From NCBI RefSeq assembly GCF_023055435.1, contig NW_025964375.1:1054001-1118000 (forward strand): 64,000 nucleotides of DNA, given 5' to 3'. The DNA is from Haliotis rufescens (lineage: Eukaryota). Every line of letters starts with the position of its first letter. The stretch's first letter is position 1. Made by a program: the position numbers and the translations under genes. This document shows, piece by piece, positions 32,797-43,308 of this stretch. Under the pieces are notes generated by a model. That model made no database searches. It was not told the origin of the DNA and was given only the letters and a program-made list of their open reading frames with translations.

Positions 32797-32928
32797 CAAA
32801 AGAAGTTAAAGAACACTGATTCTTTCATATTACATTATTACTATAGTTAATCACTATCCTTTCAGATTTTTGTCATGACAGATTAACTATAGTAATTTGA
32901 AAGAATCAAGTGTTTTTAAACTTTTTTG
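32797..32928. repeat. Imperfect inverted repeat (MITE-like) just downstream of the TTC9 stop codon
   Basis: Perfect 16-bp arms ATTACTATAGTTAATC / GATTAACTATAGTAAT, plus outer arms AACAC.TGATTCTTTCA / TGAAAGAATCAAGTGTT. Confidence 0.75.
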
Positions 32929-33031
32929 AGTAGTATATTACTTCAAACTGTCAAAAAGAGCACTGGGATGATCCTCAACACATGAAGCATGGCACTCCAA
33001 TGCAGTAATTCCCAAGGTAGACTGTTAACTG

Positions 33032-35733
33032 TTAACTGTTATCAGCATCAGCTTCATTGTCTTTGCTTGCCGTCGCTTTTGAGTCATTTGAATATTTACT
33101 AAACATTCCTCTGTAAGCAGCTTTCAGTTCCTTTTCTTGTTTTTGAAGTTCTCTTTTACATAGTGTTGTGTACTTCTTTACTGATGGTTCTGGAAACAGA
33201 TTGTTAAATTACAACTCTGGGCTTTGGTTATTGATGAGAATTGTCTTGTTTTACTCAAAGATCTTACATAATGACCTATGTCTCAAGTTAAGTGTAAATT
33301 GCAATACTAAAAAATAAATTTATGGATACATGCTTTGCTTTAACCAGAGGGTGAATGTGTTGTATTTACAAAGGCCGTATATTTTGTGACACCAGGGCTT
33401 TATCTCCCATTTCCAATGAAGTGTCAGTGGGATAAAAGGTTATTTTGCTCAAAATTGGTATTTTGGTAAAGAATTAATTTCTTAAATTTACTGATATTGT
33501 TTGAGCATTATAAATAGTAATATAAACTAAGTATGAAAGACATTTTTTCTCTTTATTGGTTCTGTCATCAGTGAAATACAAGTCACTTATGCAAAAATAA
33601 ATCAATATTTATATAACATGAATTTAGAAATTATGAATGCCAATGTGGATAGAGTTATGCCTGGACATAGTTTTCAAATACAATAACACGTAAATAAGAA
33701 ATATGCTATGCCAACATGGCTAATTGCTATTTGTCCTGCTAAAATCATAATAAAATTCAAAATGCTTCATTGACAATCAAATGTCTTCTGATTAATGTCT
33801 CTTGGTGCCATTCAACTATGCATATCTGATCGTAAGCAAGAATGGATACAAATACAATGTAACATAGAAAAGTAATTGAACCTCACATAAAACAACACTG
33901 TTAACCACACACATCATAAATACCTTCATTGGCTTGGCTTAAGACATCTAATGCTTTCTCATATCTTTTTAAGTGGTACAAGGCCTGTCCTTTTCTGTAC
34001 ACAGCCTTGACATTCCCTGCCTGGATTGAAAGTACACTGTCACAGTACTCTATCACTTTCCCATAGTTGGGATCACCCTGCTGCAGGAGACAGGCTGCAA
34101 ATAGATATACTTTAACATGTTTAGATGCACAAGAAAAATAATGTGTCCCAAATAGCAAGTATCTCACTGTTTCTCAGTCCATGTTCTGAAATTCAAGTGA
34201 AATAGTGATCATGCTATAATTACAATCTCAATAAGATCTGATATTTTAGTCCGATACAAAAAGTCTCTGTGTAAGATCTACGACAACTCCAAAGGAGGTC
34301 ACGTCAGTGGTCAGGTGAACTTTGTAACTAGCCAATCAGTGTTGAGGCGTCCAAGTTCTTTGTATGAGTGAGCGAAGCATTCAAACCAGCATGTCTGATT
34401 TATAATGAGTGAGTGAGTTGGGTTTAACGCCGCTTTTAACAGTATTCCAGTTATATCACGGCATGTCCAAAAGTAGAAAGTATAGCAGCTCTATCACATT
34501 GTTGTGGATATTACATACAATTAACTTGTTGTTTCTGACTGTGGAATCTACACCCAACAGAGAATAGCATTGAAAGAACATTTGCGTTCTGTGTGGGTTT
34601 TCATTTGTACAAATAAAAAGATCTGAATCAAGTTAGTAAAGAAATAACGATGGATCATTTTAGAAAGCAGACAGCTGACTGGCTGAAAAAATCATGTAGC
34701 CTTTATTTAGATTGGGCGGTGAAAGTTCTCTCAGGGTTCACCTCACACGAAGGAAATGTAAAAGACCATTATGAGATTGCTATCATTACAACCTTTATCA
34801 ATAACAGAAATAGCAAGCAGACAAAAGACTGTCATGACAAGTATGACAATATACCTTCTTTCAAAGGGTATTTATCTTGTTTATTGGATGTTGACGAATT
34901 GGGTACCAGTCAAAATTGATCAACACGAAACAGACCTGCCGATCAAATAAAGTAAAAACATCCCTTTTCATAAGGGACACATGCAAACTGATAGAAGCTT
35001 CACTTATTGCTGAGATGTTTTCATAAGAAATCACTAATCAGATACCTAACCTGGTAAAGCACCAAGCTCTAACCATGCTGACAAATGTACTTATATTTTG
35101 AATCCACTTCTTCATGTTTGTAAATACTTTCTATATGACATAAAATATGGTCTTTGATTTCGATTGAATTTCACATGTTAAATTTTGACTGTCATCTTAC
35201 CATAGAAATTATAACTGTTTGTAAAGTTAATGTGGAATAACAAAATCATAGTAATAGACAAAGCTGAAAATATACAGACATTAATGTAGACAGCTTTTTA
35301 CATGCAGGACAGAAATGGTTCACACATGCCTATACTGTGTTAGCACTTTGGCTACTTATCTAGTTTCCCATTCCCATTCTCACAATGGTTATCATTTAGA
35401 AACAGGACAATGAGTTCATGTTCTAGTTCTACAAGCACTTCACTGTGAATATATACCTGCTAAGTTATTATAACAATCTGATTGGAGGTTTCCAACTTCA
35501 AAAATCATTTCTGGTGGTATTGGGTGTGTTTCATCTTCATCCTGGCCGGTGAACATAGCTGCTAATGATTCTTTACCCTGACCTATTCCCTTCAGATGCA
35601 ACAAAGCTCTGTGGTATTTCCCAATGGCCAGTCTGTAATTTTTATTTTTATAGGCGTCATTTCCCTCGGATTTATAATGTTTTGCTTTAGAAAGTTTAAC
35701 TGTGTCTGGAACTTTCCCACCGTCTTCCTCCAT
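33032..35733 (-). CDS. TTC9C: Tetratricopeptide repeat protein 9 family (TTC9C-like), ~201 aa
   Basis: Exons 35457-35733, 33924-34094 and 33032-33189 are phase-consistent. Motifs include KSEGNDAYKNKNYRLAIGKYHRALL, DCYNNLAACLL, NVKAVYRKGQALYHL and C-terminal AAYRGMF. Invertebrate co-ortholog of TTC9/9B/9C. Confidence 0.88.
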
Positions 35734-36235
35734 TACGGCTCAGTATCTCTTACTGAAATTAACAACACAAAGTGAAGCCGATCTGTTTACATCGAATCCG
35801 ACAGCTTCTTGAAGCATGGGTAGTAAATACTAGTTTCCAATCGGAGCCATTAATTTCTAGTGATATGTTATCAATGGATCTGTGTATTCATGTTATAAGT
35901 AACATTATATATTTCAAAGTGTACGAAAAACAAGGGAATGTTTTTTTTATTCACGCCGAGCGTCGATTTAGTAGATAATTTGCGATTTTCCATGGGACAC
36001 AAATATTGCCTATTATTAGTTTTGCCAATATCTTTTAGTATGCTTTCGTTTTTGGTTACCGTTTAAAACCTAAACTAACTATTCAGATTTTGATAAACCT
36101 ATCTTTCACCTTTTAACAGTTCTAGCTCTGATTATGGTGTGTTTTTGATTGTTTGCAGGGCCAACATGTATTATCTTTCAAATGAATTTTCACGACTTCT
36201 GCCGTAAACTGGTCTTTTACTTCACATGGTCCAAG

Positions 36236-39200
36236 ATGGCAGAAGCAATGAGAGCCACTGTTGGTTCCTTATTGAAAGGAATCGACAGGTATGTATTACC
36301 TTTTACGTTTATGTATAGGTATTTTTCATACACTGTGAAGTTACTTTCACAAATAATATGTTTATTAGGTTCTTGTTATTAGTCAGTGTAGGTGAGGCTC
36401 TTTAATTTATATCTGCCGGTACCAGATGTTTGATATTTGTTGACAGTGTCGGACTCTGTTTAGTTGGCCAAGATCAACATCGTGATACGGTCGTGATAAA
36501 CTCCAAATCAGGGTATTCGTTAGTCCGAGTACAACCGATAATTATGTGATATTTGCAAATAGGAAATCGTCACCAGCTGGTGACAGAGATGTCACTTCAT
36601 GACCTAACATGATCTTGGAATATTCCTTTATTTTATGACACTAATTGCCGCTGGTACATGGACATGTCTCGATCACCAGCTTTGTTTGCTGTTTAATACC
36701 TCACACACCAATATTCCATCTATATGACATAGACCGTCTGTAAATCAATCAATAATCAAGTCTGGATCAGACAATCCAGTGATTGACATCATGAGCAATG
36801 CTGCATCGGTCCATGCAATTGGGATACAATGAAATGCATCAATCAAGTCAGAAAGCCTGACCACCTGACCACCCGTAAGTCACCTCTTACGACAAGCATA
36901 TTCACCTTTTATGGCCAGCATGGGTTGCTGAAGACCAATTCTAACCAGAACCATTCACCAGCTAGCTGCTCACTCTTGTTCCTGTTGAATATTATTTGGA
37001 CACAATATTGATCAATAAATTGTCAGTCCTACTTGTGGCGCTTTTGTTAGCATGGCTAGGAATCTTTCCAGTTATTAAAGTCTCACACAATTCCCAATGC
37101 TTTTCTTAGTCCAGACTTGATTATTTTCATTTGATGCTGTATTAAGAATGTGAAATAGCATAAATCATTCCACTGACATCATGAGCATCGATCCACGCAA
37201 TAACGCAACCAAGTCAGTGAGTCTGACCACCCGATTCAGTTAGTTGCCTCTTATGACAAGCATAGTTGCCTTTCACGGCAAGCATGGGTTGCTGAAGACC
37301 TATTCTACCCCGGATCTTCACGCGTCAGACATTTCGTACCTAACGCTTAAGATCTACAGCGGGTATCCGGGTAGTAAACATGGACTGATCCCAGCCCTAT
37401 GATCAATGTTTTCTTTTGCAGGTACAACCCTGAAAATCTTGCAACATTGGAGCGGTATGTGGATATGCAAGCAAGAGAAAACACGTACGATGTGGAGGCC
37501 AATCTTGCTGTACTCAAATTGTAAGTATGAATGGAGGCAGCATGGTTTCTGTAACCAGCATCTCATGTGCTACCAACTTATGGAAGTTTATGCCACCTTT
37601 GACTGCTTGAAATCATTTCTGTCCTTTTTTTTATAACCTCCATGATGATTCAAGGTCACAATGGGTCCCAAGTGTTCCTTGAGTGTCATAAGTACTGACT
37701 CATGAAAATGCAGTATGTAACCTGGCTTACTGCATGTCATCGTTCTCAACAGGATGAATCATTATCTGTGCTTCCCTCCCTTGGAGACAGCATGTTGGGT
37801 ATTTTCAAACCAATGAGTACAAACACATCTGCTTAAAACGCTATCTAAGGTGACATCTATTTGGCATGAAGTCACGTGTTGTCCAAACTGTATGTGTTGC
37901 CCTAATCCAGTAACATACTAACATATGTCTAAGTTACAGTACTTGAGACCTAGCGATCTTGTGCAGCATAGTTCTTAAATATGTGATGTTTACAATCAAT
38001 CAATAGAGACCTGTAAAGAAATTCAGGTATGGAAGATGAAAAGAACTCATTTGGTACATTTGCAAAGTGTTGTTTTACTGTTATTGCGTTTTAAGTAAAT
38101 TTGTGCATGTTTGTATGCAAGCAACTCAAAATCAATTGGGTAATGATCATGTATTGTGTGCATTTTGTTGAAAAATGCAGCTTATCTTGAGCTCTGGATT
38201 TCAGTCCATTGTTGTCCTTGTGTTGCAGGTACCAGTTCAACCCCGGGTACTACCAGACTGAGATGACAGCTTTGATCCTCCTGAAGGCTCTCACCAACCT
38301 CCCCCACACCGACTTCATGTTGTGCAAGTGTCTCATAGACACAGCAAGAGTATCCTTCACGTTCAGCTTACCTTATGAGTTGTATGTCATATGTATTACA
38401 ATTCAAAAATGTCAAACAACACTGAATGAATTCAAATTTCATGACAGGTTTATGCAGATGTATATTGGCCTCCTTCGGTCTCTCTTATCAATTGGGGGCA
38501 TGGGTGTCAAAGTCATCGAAGGTTCCGTAATTTGCTGCCAAGAGTTGCATCCCTTTGGCTTGCCAGAAACTTATGATTGTGGGTTTGAATCCTGGTTCGC
38601 CACAATTATGTTACTAGATTTGTCAGCACCATACCTGTGTTCGTGGGTTTCACCAAAGCGGTAAACGGCTGAGACCTGCATTACTTCAGGCTGACACGGC
38701 ATGATATAACTGGAACACTGTTCAAGGAAGCTTTAAACCCAAATCACCTGCCCCTAATCATTATTCAAGATATTGTATGAAGGTTTCAGCTTCCCCTGTT
38801 CACTATTTAAAATCAGTTTCAATATTACCACGATAACTCCACTACCATGTTTGTGTGTTCTTGGATGAGGAGTGTCCCGGAGCTTTACGCAGCAGGTTGA
38901 TGTGATCGTGCACACATTTCTGAGCCATGTTGGCAGTGATACACAGCTTGTAGTTCGTACTTCCTTAGTTCTGTCAGCTTGAGGAAGAACCAATCAGCAG
39001 AATTGTTCAGCTTGCATTCTTGTTGGAAACCTGTCAGTTCAAAGATTTCTGGGTAAGAGTAAAGGCACTTGCATCTTGTTCCTGCTATGATATGATGTTA
39101 TTTAAATTAAGTTTGTGAGGAGAGAACTTCATCTTACTGAATGATTAAATGTGCTCCTTAACAGCAACCAATGCTTGCCGTAAAAGGTGACTATGCTTGT

Positions 39201-41754
39201 CGTAAGAGGCGACTAAGGGGATTGGGTGGTCAGACTCAGACTTGGTTGATGCATGTTATCGTATCCCAATTGCGTGGATCGATGCTCATGATGTCAATCA
39301 CTGGATTGTCTGGTCCAGACTCGATTATTTACAGACCACCGTCATATAGCTGGAATATTGCTGAGTGCGGCGTTTAACAACAAAAAAACAAAACTTAGTT
39401 AATGCAGCAGTCAAAAGGCTGAGACTACTTCTGTGAAAGATTATACAGCAATCTGATTTCATTTTCAGGCAGTCATCAATTCAAGTAGATTTTACACCTT
39501 ATACTAACACTCAACACTCAAACGTGTTTCTCTCTTTTCTGATTGTAGGAAAATCTGAGGACAGATCCAGATATCATAGCTGGTATTGTTGGTTTTGGAG
39601 ATTGTGTCAGGAAGTGTAAGTAAATTATTTAATTAAGGGCTATACACCATTTTATGCATCTATCTACACAAAGGAATTGGTTCTTGCCCAAATTCATTAA
39701 ATTTCAACTTACAGTGATTTTTCTACGGTATATGAATTATAGTAGAGAGGTTATTTCGCCCTCATACAATCAACACGTTCTTCTTCTTAACATACACCCA
39801 TGATGATCTGGGTGAGAATTGCTCTTTGGCAACCCACCCTTCTTGTAAGAGGCCACTAACGGGATCGGGGGGTCAGACTTGCTGACTTGGTTAATGATTG
39901 TCAGCACAACCCATTTGTGGAGATCAGTGCTCATGATGTCAATCACTCGATTGCCTGATCCAGACTCAATTATTTACAGACTGCCGTTATATAGCTGGAA
40001 TATTGCTGAATTCAGCGTTAAACAATGAACAATCAATCAGTTTACCTCCATAGACTCAAGCTTTTGGCCTCGCAGCCTTCATCAGGTACTCTGTTGGTTT
40101 TGTACCATCTCTGTCAGTGTGACGGTTGTCCTCATCCCATGTTGACGTAACAGTGTATGTGTGTGTGTATTTCAGATGTGTGCCATGTGGTGAGTGCAAC
40201 GTACCAGACCATCCCCCACTCCCTGCTGCAGGAGCTGCTAGGAGGAATCTCAGGTCAGCATCACACTCTCAAAACCTCTCCACAACCTTATTATTAAGTT
40301 ATTGAGGTCCTCAAATCTCCCAGCGTGGGTCTCGTTGTCCTAATTTATCTGAAATGTCCTTTTATTGGAGGCAAGGGGTGACCCAGTCATCTTGGGCGCC
40401 ATGTTTTAAAGGTAAATTCCATGAGTAAATAAGAAATTAAAAAAACCAGTAAAGACAAATTAACATGGTGCATCTAAGGTACAGTCTGGTTGCAACTTGC
40501 ATTGGCGAAAACTCAAACTGAGGCCTGCAGTGATTAAAGAGTCCCAACATCACCTTGAGTTTCATACTCCTATAATTTGAAACAAGTGTGTCCACATTGT
40601 CTTCTTGCATTCCAGAATTTGAGGTGAATCAGTGGATCACCAAGTACGGATGGGTGCCACAAGATGGGAATGTGATATTTATCATGAACCAAGATGACAG
40701 CATCAAAACTAAGAACATCACAGAGAAAATCACCTTTGACAGTAAGCATATTGGAATTATTTTGTTTTCTGGGAGACAAAATTCTGTACTCAAGCTAAAT
40801 AGGTTACATACAGCATGGTATGCTGTCTCCATAACTTTAACAGATTTATAGACATGTGCATTTTCCCTTCAGTAGAGAAGATTTATAGTCACATATTCCT
40901 CTATCCAACCCTTGTCTCTTACACACTTACTCCTATCTTTGACCATGAGGGGGATTATGGGCAAGAGCAGGTCCACAGTAATCCAAGCTTGTCGTACAAG
41001 CGACTTATGGAGATCAGGATCCTGTGGGGTCTTCAGAGAAGTGGGTCCTAGTAACCCCTAGCTTGTCATACGAGTGACTTATGGAGATCAGGACCCGTGG
41101 GTCCAAGTAACCCATGCACGTCATAAGAGTTACTCAGGGTGGCCAGTCTCTGATAACATGTCTGTGACTTGGCTGAGGGTATGTTATCATCCCCATGAAG
41201 ATCTGGGTAGAGAACAGGTCTTCAGATACCCATGCTTGCCGTAAGAGGCGACTATTCTTGTCATAAGAGGCAACTAACAGGATAGGGTGGTCAGACTCAC
41301 TGACTAACAGTGACTTGGTTAATGTATGTTATCGTATCCCAATCGCCTAGATTGATGCTCATGATGTAAATTAGACTCGATTGTTTACAGCCCACCATCA
41401 TATAGCTGGAATATTGCTGAATGCAGCGTTAAACAACAAAGAAAGAAAGCATGTTATCCTGCCCTCATGGTGTTGATTGTTGTTCATGCTTTCAATCACT
41501 TGAATGTCTAGCACAGATTCAATTATTTACAGGCTGCTGTGATGTAGCTGGAATTAGGGGCATTGACATGGCTGGATGGGGTGTAAAATAGCATACATTC
41601 TGTCGGATTGCATTGATTGTTGCTCGGATAGCCACTGCTTTTGTTGGACAAAGCTTGATTAACAGACTGTATGACATCGTGAAAAGCAACGTTCACTAAC
41701 TCCTCTTTTTGTTGTTGTGCAGGTGTTGCCGCCATCATGGCCAGTGCATTATGA
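36236..41754 (+). CDS. EIF3K: Eukaryotic translation initiation factor 3 subunit K, ~216 aa
   Basis: Exons 36236-36288, 37422-37520, 38229-38349, 38978-39052, 39549-39615, 40176-40253, 40616-40741 and 41723-41754 total 651 nt. Motifs include [46 protein letters not shown] and [20 protein letters not shown]. Confidence 0.96.
38350..38977 (+). other. U12-type (minor spliceosome) GT-AG intron, EIF3K intron 3
   Basis: The donor GTATCCTTC matches RTATCCTT. A branch-like TTCCTTAG at 38961-38968 sits ~10 nt before the CAG acceptor, with no long polypyrimidine tract. Confidence 0.8.
38494..38747 (+). mobile_element. SINE family B copy inside the EIF3K U12-type intron
   Basis: Similarity to 30080-30368. 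Confidence 0.82.
39797..40038 (+). mobile_element. Family C copy in EIF3K intron
   Basis: Head and tail present. Confidence 0.85.
41191..41450 (+). mobile_element. Short retroposon family C (non-tRNA structured head, (CAAA)n-type tail), full length
   Basis: Starts CCCCATGAAGATCTGGGTAG and ends GCTGGAATATTGCTGAATGCAGCGTTAAACAACAAA. TSD ATGTTATC(A/C)T at 41181-41190 and 41451-41460. About 20 copies or fragments in the window, e.g. ~2676-2845, 7070-7222, 10163-10336, 14709-14870, 36680-36960, 37170-37324, 39162-39393, 50945-51185 and 62785-63010. Confidence 0.88.
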
Positions 41755-41817
41755 TGCATCATCAGCTGACCCTGCCATCTCATTTATACCTGTACACATT
41801 CTGTATTTACTAAACAT

Positions 41818-41823
41818 AATAAA
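41818..41823 (+). terminator. Candidate polyadenylation signal of EIF3K
   Basis: AATAAA 64 nt after the stop codon. Confidence 0.55.
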
Positions 41824-43308
41824 AGTCTTGAAGGTACTTTGAAGTCTCATTTTATGAGTTGAATGAATTTGCAATTAGAGCTGCCATCACCACATCACAT
41901 TTGACAGATTCAGACGTTTAACTATTGAGTGTTGTTATGACATGTTTGTCTGGCATATTCATATTCTCAGAAACCACTGGACCAATGAAGCAAACATCAC
42001 ATACTTGTTCTCACCAACGATGGTCCAATTTGTTCGAGGTTCCAATCTGAATTTATTTGATGTTGAATAGCCTCTTTATGTTTTAAATGTAATGATATTT
42101 GGGACATAGAGGGGCTCAATATACCTGTTCCATTTTTTCGCGATATTTTAGATCTGAACCTTGCACTTTGACCACACTGAAAGCAAAAACCTATTGTGGT
42201 CATAACTCGGCCATTTTCTTTCAAAATGTCATGAAAGTTGGTACTTGTGTAGTAGAAGTGGGGCTTAAAACATTTTCCATATTTTAATACTTTGACCTTT
42301 GCCATTTCTCTATGCGCCTATATTCTCTTAAAATGCATTTTCTCTTGCTATAAATCATCTCAGAAGCCAATGAAACTGAAACTTAACAGTTTGTTTAAGA
42401 GGTACAAATCCATTTTAAATTGCTGACTACATAACCAGGTGAGCTACAGTGCCTGATAAAGTACTGTCACAAGTCCTCTATTGGTCTTAGAGCACATTCT
42501 CAAGTTCTACGGATAGCATACAGGAAACAGCTTGCACAAACAACACTTTGCACTTTAGGCCCACAAAGCCATGTCCAAGGTGTCCATAACCTGAGCAGCA
42601 CTGACCTGTAAGAACTGAGTACATGTTTGTTAAATAATTATACTGCACAGAAGCCAGAGGATCAAAACCTGTGCTCTTATCAGGTTATGAGCATACAGAT
42701 AATACATTAAAGTTGAAAGCTTAGAACATCCCATTTACATGTTCCACATCCAGCAGCTACTCTACCCTCTGATTCTCTGGTCAACCTTCATGACACACAC
42801 ACCATGTACTGAGGTCCTATCACAGCATTAATCCCAATGGTAAGTGTTTAAAGGAACTTGCAACAAGGGGAACAACACAAGAATACCAAACAAACAGTTT
42901 AATGACATTCAATAATCATTGAACATGAAGCTCGCATGGCTTATATCACCCAACATTGCTGGTAAGACAGAACTATAGCTGCCATGTTACAGAGACGTAG
43001 TGTGCCTACATATGAACTGTATTCCCAGCAAGCAATACAATAAATGAAACTCTGTCAGTCAAATCTTGCTCTTAATGTTCTCGGAGTGACACACTTTCCA
43101 TCAACTGAAGTTTGTATTGTGGTATCACTGTATTCAGCATGGTTCCTCCAAGTAACATGCAGCTACTCTTTCATCTGTCTGTAGGTCAAGCCACTGTCAG
43201 TGCATTCTGTAGGAGAATGACTTTAAATGACTTCCAGCTTTCCATCCGTTGTGGAGGTATTGCTGCCCTGTGTGGTGAACATCATCCTGCAACTGACTCT
43301 TCATAGGA

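Noticed and set aside
39171-39377. Recurrent small protein family ([26 protein letters not shown])
   Set aside because: Chance translation of family C copies; start and frame vary between copies.
41870-42482. Helentron-associated (HINE-like) element
   Set aside because: Only a CAGGTGAGC..CCTCT-like 3' end and vague internal similarity are visible; too decayed to support as a feature.
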